From assembly GCA_964252035.1 (NCBI GenBank), contig OZ176204.1: 64,000 nt of DNA, one strand, 5' to 3'. Below the pieces are notes generated by a model that was not told the DNA's origin, searched no databases, and worked only from the letters and a program-made list of their open reading frames with translations. The translations under genes were made by a program, and so were the position numbers. Shown one piece after another: positions 36,871 to 49,345 of this stretch; position 1 is the first letter of the stretch, and every line of letters starts with the position of its first letter. The DNA is from Podarcis erhardii (taxonomy: Eukaryota).

Positions 36871-37224
36871 CAGTGGTGCCTCGCAAGACGAAAAGAATCC
36901 GTTCCGTGATTCTCTTCATCTAGCGTTTTTTTTGTCTTGCGAAGCAAGCCCATTGACAGCTTAGCGGATTAGTGCTATTAGCGGTCTAGCGGCTTTTAGC
37001 GATCAGCTGTTATGCGGCTTATCAGTGGAACAACTGATAAGCGGCTTAGCGGCTTAGGAAAGGGGGGGGGAGCGGAAAAAAACCGCGGGAACTCACAAGA
37101 TTTTTTCGTCTTGCGAAGCAACCCCATAGAGAAATTGGTTTAGCGAAGCACCTCCAAAACGGAAAACCCTTTCGTCTAGTGGGTTTTCCGTCTTGCGAGG
37201 CGTTCGTCTTGCGGGGCACCACTG
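36871..37224. mobile_element. Tc1/mariner (Tigger/pogo-like) MITE, copy 1
   Basis: 22-bp TIR CAGTGGTGCCTCGCAAGACGAA (1 mismatch), TA TSD. Confidence 0.9.
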
Positions 37225-37678
37225 TACTAAGGACTTCACTGAATACTAGTTTGGAAAAGGGCATGCTTCCACATTTTATTTGCTAGTTTGTGTGCATTTT
37301 GGGACGTTAGATACAATTTTAAAAATCAGCTTGCTACCACATAAGTATTGATCCTGGTTCAGTACCTGTAACTTGGCGTTGACAATTTGATTGGTACTGA
37401 AGAACATACTCAAACACTTTGTGCCACATTCTAAAACTACTTTGCAGACTAGGAAGCCTCCATACACACAAACTTGGTTAAAAAATAATAATTCAGGATT
37501 TGCAGAAATCAGACAATAACTGATTGTATGGCAGTCAGTGTTGAGCTGCTAGGGTGCACACACCCTGTGGACAGCTATTGCAGGGTCATCATTGTGATTT
37601 CCAAAGATGTCTCACCAAAACTCATCAATAGAAGGGCTTTCTTTTCTCTACATGGTGTATTCAACTTTGGTATTGTAA

Positions 37679-37681
<3 letters not shown>

Positions 37682-37710
<29 letters not shown>
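37682..37710. repeat. T29 homopolymer (A29 in the USP54 pre-mRNA)
   Basis: Read directly. Confidence 0.9.
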
Positions 37711-37713
<3 letters not shown>

Positions 37714-38631
37714 CTCACTCATTCACATCTTCTCATTTTTGCCTTCACATGGCTTCTTTTTTAAATGGTACTTTCATCTATCTATTATTTTTTTTCTTTA
37801 TGGTGAAGAAAACCTGCATGGGTTAGCAAACTACTATCAATTTCTTTGAATACCTTACTAGACAATTGTTTTATTGTACAATTAATGCAAAGTTGTTGCA
37901 CTTGGCTGTTGCAGTGGATCTCTCTCTCTCTCTCTTTCTCCTTATAAGTGGTTCTGTTTTGTTTTCTCAGCATCTAAACTGCCATTTTGTTGTTGTGATT
38001 CCCCCTTAGCTAGGCACACGCAGTAAAATTCCTTGTGTGCCCCTGCTGGTTCCTTGTTAGCCAACATCCACAGTATCTCTAGGGATAAGGAACATTCACT
38101 CTGCTCCTATGCCCACACCATTCTCAGCCTTTAAAAAAGGAGAGGTACTATTATTCCCTGTTGGAAGAATGGAAGAAGAGTGGCCTTTAGAAATGAGCAC
38201 AGCAAACCCCCCAAAACCAGCAAGCTTACTGCCTTATGAGCAGCATTCCTCAACCACTGTGCATACTTTGCAGACTTTTTAAAAATGAGATGTATACTTC
38301 CATCTTCAGCACTAGAGTGCATATTCCACCCCCTACCCCTGCCAAATTGAAGATTTCCATTAAAACAAGACACCTTTCCCACATCTGTTACAGAGGCATT
38401 AACCTTTCAATGGATTGTGGTCCTAGTTCTGGATCAGGGTTTGCACTGTTCAACACCAAAAAACAAAATCCAATTATTCTCACCACCTGGAGAGGTCCAC
38501 GATATTCTAAGTTGCTTGGGGGCATGAGTTAAAGAAGGGGTTTCACACAAACCGGGGAACATATAAGCTCACTTCTTCTTTCCAGATCAGGCCCAATTCA
38601 GATCTGGAGTACTGCAATATTCTTAGTCTAC

Positions 38632-38818
38632 CTTGAAGATTGGGTCATGTTGCCCCCCAGTGGCGGGTGGCGGGTGGGCGGCGGCTGTGCTGGCTGCTGT
38701 TGCTGCATGCGATCCTGGAGGCTCCGTGCTTTTCGGATACAGATTTGCAGCTTCTTATCGACTAGAGCTCTGCTGTGAGTGCTAGAGCTGGCATCATGCA
38801 TGGCAAGTCTTAGTTTAG
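38632..38818 (-). CDS. USP54: USP54 exon 15/20 ([43 protein letters not shown]...)
   Basis: 187 nt, ctttttag/GTAGAC; phase 2 fits the next exon. Confidence 0.93.
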
Positions 38819-39961
38819 CTAAAAAGCAAAAGAAAACATAGCAGAAACAAAAACAAAACTGGGGGGGAGGGAGAGAAAAACAAAAGATGCAACAAAAACA
38901 TAAAAAAGAAACATGCAAATACTGCCACAGAAGAGTCCACAAGGATGCATCCGTTCCCATTAATGCACATTCAGGTTAGCTATGTGTCCAAACAGGTTAA
39001 TCAAAACTGAAAAGATACGAAGCTGAGTTTTGTTATTTTTCTTTTTTTAGGAAACCCCTCTTCTCTGTGACATGGGTCACTCCCTCATGCATTGAAGCAA
39101 CTAATTGTTTCATTTCAAATGGCCGTGTTTAGCTCCAAATACTGTAATAATACTCTATATACAAATGAATCTGGTCAGGATATGAAATCCAAGATATAGC
39201 CAGTTGGGACACTTGCTACCAGAGCCTTTGTGAAGTCTGTGTTTTGCCTTCTTGTTTCCTTTAATCCATGAGAACAGACTTCCAAAAAGAAATACTTTCA
39301 ACCTTCCAAAGCCATGACATTAGAAATCAGTTTGTCTGCAACCTTGCTAACCAGCAAGAAGGGAATGGAGGGTGGGGAAAGAGTCAGCCAATCAAAAATA
39401 TAACGTATCAAAATAAAGAAATGCAGCAGCACATGTTCCCAAAAGTCACAGCACATATCTTAAACTTATTGAAACACTGATGCCTCCTCTTCCATCACAA
39501 AATTTCAATTGGTACAGCTTACACTCTCTCCTTTCTGGGGGGATCAGGCAACTATATGCTGTACTTTGGGAATTTAAACTTTTTGAGAAACCAGTCTCTG
39601 AACTGGGGGGGGGAAATGTATGCCGTGGGGGAGACGGGCGGCTGGAAAGCAGGAGGTAGAACTGGAGGTAGAACAGTCAGAACTGTTGGCATCAAGTGGA
39701 ACATTTTTGTTCCTCTTTCTATTGCCTTAGTTCAAAAGGAGCCCCAGTCGGAAAAGGGGATGGGGAAACGCTAGGACTGAATTCCAGGGATGATGGTGCT
39801 CACAAAGAAGATGCTTCCATACACTTTTAAGACACACACGCAAGCTTTTTCCAACTGTGAGTTTGCATTGACCTGTCCAGTTTTACTTTCCTAAGTGATG
39901 ATATTAGATATTAGTAAACTGCAAAAAGCGGGGTAAGCTGAAGCAATTAAGAATTACTTAC

Positions 39962-40081
39962 ATATAGCTTCATTACAGAGAGCCAAAGCTGCAGCACAGT
40001 CTCCCTTCTGCTCTTGATGCAGTGACTCTTCAAAGACTGAATCTGCCTCCTGCACAGACCTCTCAAAGCCATCAGTCCTCC
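39962..40081 (-). CDS. USP54: USP54 exon 14/20 ([40 protein letters not shown]), MIT-like helices
   Basis: 120 nt, cttgcag/GTAAGT; not in the ORF track. Confidence 0.95.
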
Positions 40082-40380
40082 CTGCAAGGGGGCAGCACTC
40101 TTCATTTTCATTGACATTCTTTCCAAGTTTCCTTTCCCCGCTTCACCTCAGCAAAAGATAACATCCCCTCCCTAACGCAGAGCAACCTTAGCTCTGCAAC
40201 ATTTTGAATAGCAGACCCTTCTCAGAATCACAAGCACAGCAGAGAGAAAGAGAGGGAAAACTGTGGGTCAAATGCAGCCAAGCTATCCAGGGATTAAGAA
40301 GCAAGTATCATTAGTATGTTGATGATATTGAGTTTTATCCTTCATTTTCCTCTAATACAGGGAGGAGCTGGGTGGGCTAA

Positions 40381-40770
40381 ATATGGAACCCAGGAGCAGT
40401 AATGAACTGGATAAGGGCTAATAAACCGAAGCTCAGTCCAGAAAAGGTAGAATATTTGTTCAGCCTGCTCTGGAGAGTTTCTTCTTCCCCTAAAGGGTCA
40501 GATTCACAGTTTGAAACTGCTGTTAATTTCAGCACCAACTTCAGATGTCCCTTTCATTATCTAAAGCTAGTGCACCAGCTAAGATTCCTCCCGGACTGAG
40601 ATGGCTTAACCACCTGTCATCTATGCCCTGGCAACGTCCAAATTAACTACTGCAACATATTATATGTTGAACTCCCTTTGAAGACTATTCAGAAATGACA
40701 GCCTGTGTACAATGCAGTGAAAACGCAACTAACCAGAACTGATTGTTTGGAACATACCTTGCGGTTTTAA
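40381..40770 (+). mobile_element. L2 LINE fragment
   Basis: WIRANKPKLSPEK; CTACTGCAACATATTATATG...CCCTTTGAAGACTATTCAGAA. Confidence 0.6.
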
Positions 40771-41345
40771 AAACAGCTTCCCTAGCTCTCTGTTCATTTT
40801 CAAGCTCAGTTCAAACTACTGGTTAGAGCGGTTGGTTTATTAACTCCATTTCTGTAAACTACTTTGAGGAACTTTGTTTAAAAGTGGATAGAACATAGAC
40901 AGGAAAAAAAACCTTCAGAATAAGAGGTATCACAAAACATATTATCTCTAGTGGAAATCTGTATATTTGTTTTTCATTCTTGGGCGTTTTATAGCTTCTG
41001 GGTGTAATTCATCTAGTTCACTCTTGACAGCAGCCCCAATGTAAAAAAATATTTCACTTATTTTCACTTATTTTAATGCTTTTAGAGCCCTTTGGGATCC
41101 AATGATAGTACAGAAAGGAAAGGAAATCAATAAAGCTAAGGACCTCCTTTTTCTACTGAAACACATCTAACAAACTCTGCAAGTACATATGAAACTGCTA
41201 CAGAAGTTACACTGCAACCCCCAAAAGGTGTGAAATGATCTTTGTAGTAAACCATTCTCTCCCCATTTATCATGCTAGGCACAGATCAGCCAACCCCAAT
41301 GCTACCGCTTCTGTGCAAGATGGATAGCCTGCCCATACATGTTAC

Positions 41346-41519
41346 CCTGGTTTTGCAGTTCATCCAGGTCCATGAACCTGCTTGGGCGGGGATTAAAGCC
41401 CATTGCAGCTTCCAGTTCCTTTTCCCGTTTCCTTCGAAGTTCCTGCTCCTGGGCCCTCCTTGCCACTTCTTCCTGTAATTCATCCAGTTCACTCTTAGAA
41501 GAGACAAGCACCTCCCCGC
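41346..41519 (-). CDS. USP54: USP54 exon 13/20 (coiled coil [33 protein letters not shown]...DLDELQNQ)
   Basis: 174 nt, tttcaag/GTAACA. Confidence 0.96.
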
Positions 41520-41918
41520 CTTGAAAAGGAAAAAAAAACATCAAGAACACTGCATTTTGTTAATAAACATGCCGTTTTCTTTCCAGGATTCCACTCCCCC
41601 CCCCAAAAAAAAACTTGGTCAGTTTTCTTAAATCTACTATAGCTCATACAAAGTTTGTACCAAGCAATTACTTCCAATATGAGACTTATCAAGGAGGTGA
41701 AAACCTGCTATTTCTGCCCACACCAATACCTCTCTACTTGCTGGGCATGCAATTTTAGCATCATCTCCTATACCTTCTATTCTTTCACCACAAAACCCAA
41801 ACCGCTGTACAATTTCTTGTTCCCCAAATTAGTCTGGAAAAGATAGGCTGTTCCTTGGGCTTCTCATCCACCCAATTTCCTTTTGCTAATTCAGTTCAAT
41901 CTACATTAAACTAACTAA

Positions 41919-41944
41919 CTCTCTCTCTCTCTCTCTCTCTCTCT
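41919..41944. repeat. (CT)13 microsatellite
   Basis: Read directly. Confidence 0.9.
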
Positions 41945-42404
41945 TCAGACATCATAATAAACCACAACCAATAAAGCTTAACTATGTTTAGTGCAGGGCT
42001 TGGGAACCTATGGACTCTGTGGCTGTTGGACTCCAACTCTCACAACTCCCATGGAGTTTGGCCGATGGTAAGGAATGATGGGGGTTGCAGTCCTACAACT
42101 TCTGGGTGGTTGCTGCAATGAAGTGACCAACCATAGCTTGTAATTAGCCAATAAACCCAAATTAGAAACCAGTTTGAAGTGGGTTTGCAAACAATGTTTT
42201 GTGCTATTGTTTAGTATGCTTTTACAAACCATGGTTATGACCACTGCTCCACCATTGAAGGCTCTTGCACCTAGATGTAGCAGTGTGGAATAGACTGAAA
42301 ATGAAAGCAGGCATCTAAACAGTGATTTACCTGGTAAATATATTTCAGATTGTGTGTGTGTGTGTACAGACAGATACCCACCCATGCCGCAATTTAGGAT
42401 AACG

Positions 42405-42497
42405 CTTCATACATCTGATGGTATGTACTGCAGTTCACAAAAGCTTATGCCGTAACAAATGTTAGTCTCTAAGGTACCAGCAGGCTCTTTGTTGTTT
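42405..42497 (+). mobile_element. Older Penelope-like end with decayed hammerhead
   Basis: CATCTGATGG...TTCACAAAAGCTTATG...GTTAGTCTCTAAGGTACCA. Confidence 0.55.
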
Positions 42498-42954
42498 ACA
42501 AAAAAACCATGTATTTTTCTGGATGACAACAGCCTACTTCTAATTGTGGTTGCTTTTCATTTTCCCCACTACCACAGCACCAAGCAAAAATAATACAACT
42601 GAAAATGGGTCAAGTGCCATTTCTGTTAAATGGAACTGAAAGTATAAGAGAAAAGATTCATTCCTTTCTCAATATGCCTGATTATTCAGCGAATTGTGTA
42701 TGTAGTGTGTTCTGTTCGCACTGCAGGTACTCTGAGCCCTCACAGCCTATCCCTTGAGCTTTCACCAGCCTTTCTTTTGGTGTTGAGGGCCAACGATACT
42801 CTGCCGCCAATACTAAGAGCTTGTGCTAGTGTGACACAGCTCTGATGCCTTCTACTTGTGTGAGGATGGGGGGGGGACCAGCAGGTGGAGGGAGTAATAG
42901 AAATAACATGCTCCAAGGACTGCAAGTACTTTAGGAGGGAAAATAAATCCTTAC

Positions 42955-43094
42955 CATTACCGATGGCGTGCTTGTTCTTTGACCAGCAACTAGCAGTTGG
43001 TGCAGATTCTACCTCCAAGATACTGCTGCTATGTGATTTGGGAATGTTACGCCAGGCAGGAACAAAAGCTCCAGGTCGCTTCATATGAGAATCT
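42955..43094 (-). CDS. USP54: USP54 exon 12/20 (RDSHMKRPGAFVPAWRNIPKSHSSSILEV...HAIGN)
   Basis: 140 nt, gttaaag/GTAAGG. Confidence 0.93.
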
Positions 43095-43975
43095 CTTTAA
43101 CCCAAAGAAAAGCAAGGTTATTCTAATATGAACTACTGGGGTCTGCTGTCCTTGCTTGTGCCACGCACCAACCCTGCCTACTCACAAAGGCCTTTGCCAA
43201 CCCACTTTCCACACCTGACCAAACCCTTTCCACCTCACCCCTCCCCATTTTGTTCCTCCCTTGCCCTCCCAGTCTTTTTTACACTTTAGGTGCAGTATTA
43301 TTGTATAGCCTTTGCCCTAGAAGCCATGGATTTAGACCTGCCAGATCTTCAAAAGGTGATTTCCATACCTTCCTCAACATTAGTTAACATTTTTACCTTT
43401 TCAGTCGGAAGTATACAGATCCTAAAAGTAGAAGCTAGAGACCTAGCCTGTATTTCACATATGGCATTCTGGCTCCTTAGAACCCCAAAATGCACTCCCA
43501 TAGAAAGGTCTAAAATTAAGAACAAGGGGCTGAAATCTCTGGTGTTTTGTTTACTTCCAACACTGTAGTGAATTTATATTTTATCTCAAACTCCAAGATC
43601 CTAGGCATAGTTTATACATTAACCTCTTAACAGGTACAGAAGCTTCTTTATCTGGCCACTGTGGGCAATTCTGTCCCCCAGCAACACTGTTTCCCTGCAC
43701 AGAGAAACAAGGAAATCCCTCCCCAGCAATTATCATTCCCTGTTATCTCTAATATTAGCTGCTCGGCTCCTCTTGCCTGCAGTTTAGAACAGAACATAAA
43801 GAGTGGGTGGGAATAACTAAAGTCAAATGGAACAAGAAAGTAAACAGTTTGGGACTTCCTTGTTCCTCTTTGCAAGAGATAGTGGGGCACTGTTGGCAAA
43901 TGTTGGCTGCCCTGCCCGCTTGGGGAATGGGGCAAAGTGAGAGATGAAAAGCATCCCTTCAACACATGCACCTGT

Positions 43976-44228
43976 AGCCAATGTGGTGTAGTGGTTAAGA
44001 GCGGTGGACTCGTAATCTGGTGATGAACCAGGTTTGATTCCCCGCTCCTCCACATGCAGCTGCTGGGTGACCCTGGGCCAGTCACACTTCTCTGAAGTCT
44101 CTCAGCCTCACCTCACAGAGTGTTTGTTGTGGGGGAGGAAGGGAAAGGAGATTATTAGCTGCTTTGAGGCTCCTTAGGGTAGTGATAAAGTGGGATATCA
44201 AATCCAAACTCTTTTTCTACTCTTCTTC
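43976..44228 (+). mobile_element. tRNA/CORE-type SINE (Squam3-like)
   Basis: Closely similar to the 16165-16420 copy; A- and B-box-like head. Confidence 0.85.
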
Positions 44229-44429
44229 AGTTGTCAATTTAGCAGCCATGAAAGCCTTTGGGAGGCCTGTGCAGATTTTTAATTTATTCTAATTTACAGA
44301 CCATCTCTCCATGTAAGCTCCCAATGTGGTTAACAGGGAAATCTTGCGATGATTTATTAAGAGAATAATGTGTGAACTGAGCTTTAGAGCGCTGAAACTG
44401 GAACCAGGTTATATTTTTATGAAACTTAC

Positions 44430-44655
44430 CTGGAGGTGCTAGAGCTCTCTGATAAAGGCATGTCCAGGCTGACTGGGCTGTTGCTGTTGCGTTCGCTGCT
44501 TTCATAGCCAGATTCCATCCTTTGAATCAGACGAGGTTGTTGATCCATCATATAGTGCGCACCCCGACCTAGAGTCCATTGCTTATACCTGTTGGGTTGG
44601 TTTGATCTCGTTTGGGAGATTGGCTCCTTTGGCTCCTCCTCCATAAATTCTTTAG
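44430..44655 (-). CDS. USP54: USP54 exon 11/20 (AKEFMEEEPK...PRLIQRMESGYESSERNSNSPVSLD...)
   Basis: 226 nt, ttatcag/GTAAGT. Confidence 0.95.
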
Positions 44656-44889
44656 CTGATAAGATACAAAGAACATGAGTGAAAAATCAAATTTTATTCT
44701 GTCACACTCTCTATACAATTCAGCATCCTAGAAAGATTGCTTATCTAACCAACAACTACCCTTCCCTCCCAGAAATACGAGGAACCTTTGGTTAAAGAGG
44801 TGAGCCAAGGACTTTTCCATTCAGTTCTTTCTAACTGCCAGCAGATTTTTTTGGGGGGGGGGGTCGGGGGGAGAAGGGAAGCACCAACA

Positions 44890-44962
44890 GGGCTGTGTGA
44901 CTGCACAGATGACCACTTGAAGAACATCAACTGCAGGTAAGCAACCAGTCTCTCTTCTTTGT
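44890..44962. mobile_element. DIRS-like retrotransposon terminal remnant
   Basis: GACTGCACAGATGACCACTTGAAGAAC...CAGGTAAGCAACC resembles reptile DIRS ends; related inverted motif at 812-850. Confidence 0.4.
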
Positions 44963-46783
44963 GGCTTTCCAGATGTTATTGTCCCAGATAACTGACCAGA
45001 GTGACTGGGGCTAATGGGAATCCAACAATGTCTGCAGGAGCACAGGCTCCTCTTCCTGACTCTATAGAGGTCCCCTAAGAGATAACTATGATGATAGATA
45101 AAAGACGGTATGTTGGAAATCAGATTTAAATTGGGGTTTTTAATAAGTTATATTGAAAGTATATTTTTAAAAAATGGTTTAAATGAAATCTGGATTTAAT
45201 ACAAATCAACATGATAAATAAGCTTGCCCTTAACAGATTGTCAGCTGCTATAGAGACTGGAAATAACCCTAAGCAAACAGAACGAAGCAAGCAAGTAAAC
45301 AAAAACCCACTGGGTATGCTCAGTTGTGAATGAGCTCTCATCAATTACCAAAGCAGTATTTTCAAGCCACAAAACCTCCTGCATTGTTTTGCAAAGAACT
45401 TGTTAATTGTGCTCTGCTTATTATCTTTTTTTGTGCAGATCAATACCTACCAAATTAAGATTATGAGTTAGTGGACTGTGCGCTCCAAGTGTGGCCACTA
45501 TGTTTGAAAGTAGCTCTTAATTTACAATAAACACAACCATAAACAATGATGAAAAGCTGCTTGCTTTGGCAAAGGAAGTCCTGTGAGGAAAATCGTCACA
45601 ATCTGTCATCCTATACCTAGATTATGGCTTGAAATTAGGGCCAGGTCAGATCAGAATTGTTATTCCACTGATTTATCTGAGTGACCTTTTTGCGCCTATT
45701 TTATGCTTTGCAGCTACCTGATCCCTGCAAATTGGTTTATTATCTAAAAATAAGCAGTGCACTGTATAGCATTTTATTAAAGTTAAGTATTTCAGAATCT
45801 TGGAGGGTGCCACCTGAGTTTGCATAAAGGTTATATTCATGTTAAAGAAGCCTCTAAATAAATTATTTTTAATTAAAACAAATGCTTTAAATGAGTTGAT
45901 TCTACTTGGTGATAGAAATTGGTTATGTAAATCAATCCTTCCTGTCTCGATTTCTTTAATTCACCTAGAAAGATGCCTTTCCTTTTTCTATTGAATTCTC
46001 AGCAATTTCCAATTCTTAAAGAGCGTATCAATAGTTTCCACTACCTCCTTCCCATCCATTTGCTACACCATTAAACAGCCTCAATTTTTTTCATCCTAAA
46101 TGCAAGCAACCCTAATTCTGAAACCTCTGAAGTGGAGACCACTTCAAAATGTCTTCACCATTCCTTGTGCAGGTTTCTTGCTTTTAAAAAAAAGTTTGCA
46201 TCCCTAACCATTATGGATAAGCAGGAGCAGGATTAGCGAATACGCCCATCTTCCATTTTCACACGGAGAATATAGTTTCTGATGTTTCCTTACTGAAGAC
46301 TGGGTTTTGGTTTGACAATTAAAGGGCTTTTCTATTCGAGGAAAACCAGGGTTAGTCACTCGCTGATTCTGTATCAGTCAATTTCACTGTCAGAGAGATT
46401 CAACAGAAACAGTAGTGAGTAGCTGTCCTCAATTGCTTTTCTAATCTAGCGTCCTAAATTACTGTACAGCAGAAAAAAAGCAAAATATGACTGCTGTGTT
46501 TTGCAGAGACAAGTGAAAGGGAATGACGAAAGGACCTCTCACAATGTAAATATAGACCTTTGAGTGTGTTTGAAATATTTCAGCAAACACGTTGTTCACA
46601 GGGTCAAAATGGCACAAGGGATAATTCAGGCTTCCCTCACAGATTCATCTGATACAGCCTAAGAAAATGCACTGGCTATGCATACTAGTTAACAACGTTA
46701 TCAGTTGTTTCTACATAGTGACTAATAAAAAAATGAATGCATTTTTCTTACTCTCCCAACCCACACCTCTCCCAAATTCTTAC

Positions 46784-47152
46784 CTGAATCCTCAGAGAAG
46801 GGGCTGAGTTGTGTGTAACCACACTGTCTCCTCTTTTCTTTATTGAAGATGCTGTCTATGTTCAGTGACTCCCTTTTGGGTCTCCAGGTTGGACGGTACT
46901 TGCTAGAAGAACTTGATTTGGATTCGCTGCTTGTGCTCTCCATTTCCCAGTCTCGAGACAGAGCAGGCAGAGCTCTGGGCAGTGACTGTATCTCAGCCTG
47001 ATCCTTCCCTGTTCGTGGAGAGCCCTGGCTTGTCTGTGATGGTCTGTTGTGGATCATGTTGCTGACAGTCTCTTTAAATTCCCTTAGCCTGCTGGTACTG
47101 CTGGATGTCTTAGGGGCAGTTCTGGGGGCTTGTTTCTCCTTCAATGTTTCCC
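46784..47152 (-). CDS. USP54: USP54 exon 10/20 ([11 protein letters not shown]...[19 protein letters not shown]...SPFSEDS)
   Basis: 369 nt, ctgcag/GTAAGA. Confidence 0.96.
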
Positions 47153-47308
47153 CTGCAGCTCAAGAAGAGAAGCAGAAGACAGTATGAGCTACATAACTTT
47201 CTTTTAAATTAACAGTACTTTTATCATCTTTCTAAACTGGCAGAGGCAAAAGAAGAGATTCGATCTATGCTGGACAGACACACAGAAGAATTAAACCATT
47301 CTTCTTGC

Positions 47309-47440
47309 CTTCACTGTGATATCCTGACGGCTGTGATTCATCTCCCTTTTTCCGAGACCTGCTGGAACTCCTCTTGCGGTCTGTCAGCGAACCCTTTTTG
47401 GAAATATGCCTCTGATTACATTCACTGTCAGTCAGGTGTC
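47309..47440 (-). CDS. USP54: USP54 exon 9/20 ([19 protein letters not shown]...SGYHSE), GC donor
   Basis: 132 nt, ctttcag acceptor, AAG|GCAAGA donor. The 3' boundary could instead be 47297 (weak in-frame GT). Confidence 0.9.
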
Positions 47441-48204
47441 CTGAAAGAAAAGAATATACTTCAGATGGAAAGAGCATTCCAATTGGCTGTGTTGCATTCT
47501 AAGAATAGCAAACCTTTTTCACTCCCCACAAACTGCCGGTTAATGCTAGAGCTGAGTAAAATGAATAGCTTTCAGTAAGTGTATCTGGAAGTGAAGAGTT
47601 ACAGTATAATAAAAGCAACTATCCAACTAGATGTGGTAAGTTAAATAGCTAATTCAGAGGGACAGGAGGCAATGCACTGAGCTTTGGCTCAAAATCCTCC
47701 GGGGCCACTAGCACCTTTCAGTACTACCATACTAACAGACAGAATTCATGCATCTCTCCAAGCAAATGTGAATACCTATTTTTCACTCTTCCTCCTGCTG
47801 CACTTACGGTCATTTCTTGGTATCATTCCACAGCTATCAGCCCAGTTGAGAACAGGGGCGGAGAACCTGTGGTTGGTCCAGATGTTGCTAGACTACAACT
47901 GCCCTCTTTCCTGACTACTAGAGCTGATGGAAACTAGAGTCCAGCTACATCTAGGAAAGTCAGAGGTTGGCCACCCCAGTTCAGAAATTCAGCATATTGT
48001 GTAAGATAATAATGGGGGGAGGGGGAATCAAGTCTGAAAAGGTTGAAAATACATTTAATAATGTATGTAACAAAAAGGGGAAGGGATCATTTTCTACTTT
48101 TGTTTTCTTGCAGTTCTGCCTTACAGCTCAGAAGAACTTCCTCTTATCTTCTCAAATACGTATATATCCCATTTCCATACCTGAGCTCTTCTATAACAAC
48201 ATGG

Positions 48205-48640
48205 TATGCAAAGAATGTAGGAAGAGCCTTGTTGGATGAGACCAAAAGCCTATATAGTCCACCATCCTGTTTCTCTCAGTGGTCAATCAAGTGCCTATGG
48301 GAAGCCCAAAAGCAGAGCCTGAACACAACAGTCCTCTGCCACAGTTGTTCTCCAACATCTCCTATTCAGAGGCATGGTACAGATGTCATGATTAGGAGAC
48401 ATGGCTAGCCTTATCCTCAATCAATTTGTTCAATGACCTTTTAAAGCTGTCTAAATTAGTGGCCATCAAAATGGTAATATTTTATGAAGGGAATTCTGAA
48501 GTATAACTGTGTGTTTTGTGAAGTACTTCCTTTTGCCTGTCCTGAATCTCCCACCATCCATCTTCTCCAGATGACCCTGGAGATAACCCCAAGGGGTTTC
48601 TATCCACTTTCTCCATACCATGCATAATTTCATACAGCTC
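48205..48640 (-). mobile_element. CR1 LINE 3' fragment
   Basis: Degenerate AAGAATGTAGGAAGAGCC tail; CTTTTAAAGCTGTCTAAATTAGTGGCCATC. Confidence 0.65.
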
Positions 48641-49039
48641 CCATCATCTGTCCCTTACTTACCCCCCACCCAACAATGGTCTGGTTTGCATGTGACGCTA
48701 AGTCATGCTTTAGGTAACAAACTATGGTTAAACTTCCAGTCGTACCACAGATGATCAAGCTTGCTACATTATAGCTTGGTTTCCCTCCTGACTACCTTCT
48801 TCTCACCCCCAACCTAATATCCCAAATGCCTCTGCTGTGCCCTAGTACTGGCATTGACTCACTGTGTCATCAGCCAGCTGTACGAACTGATCAGGAAAAC
48901 CTCCTCGGAGCATTTCTGCTCTCCGCAATGGCTGTGCCGTTCCAGATTCCCTCCCTTCCCCAATTAAAAGAAGATCAGTGGGCTCACTGGAACACTTAAC
49001 AAAAATCTAAAAAGTTAGTGAGATAAAATTTGTCTTACA

Positions 49040-49345
49040 AAAATCATATTGATCCTTCTTCAGCAAGATTTGTCTATCACTCTATTCCATATGCTTGATA
49101 AATTTATCTTTAGCAATGTGTGTTTCAACAATTTACCTAGAATAAATGTTAAGCTAACTGGCTTGCAATTTTCTGCATTTCTCGCCGCCGCCACCTGCCC
49201 CATTACTTTAAAAAAAGAAAGAGAAAGCACTGCAATGGCCATTTTCTAGTCCACCATTATGAAGACCAATCTTAGGGGAAAGTTACTTATTTTTGTCAGA
49301 TCAACAGCTTCCTATCTGAGTTATTTAAGTTCTCTCAGAGTAGAT
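49040..49345 (-). mobile_element. CR1 LINE RT-region fragment
   Basis: NCKPVSLTFILGKLL resembles CR1 NYRPVSLTSIPGKLL. Confidence 0.65.

Noticed and set aside
36960-37060. AGCGGCTT repeats as a CRISPR- or telomere-like array
   Set aside because: Internal MITE minisatellite without unique spacers, in a vertebrate intron.
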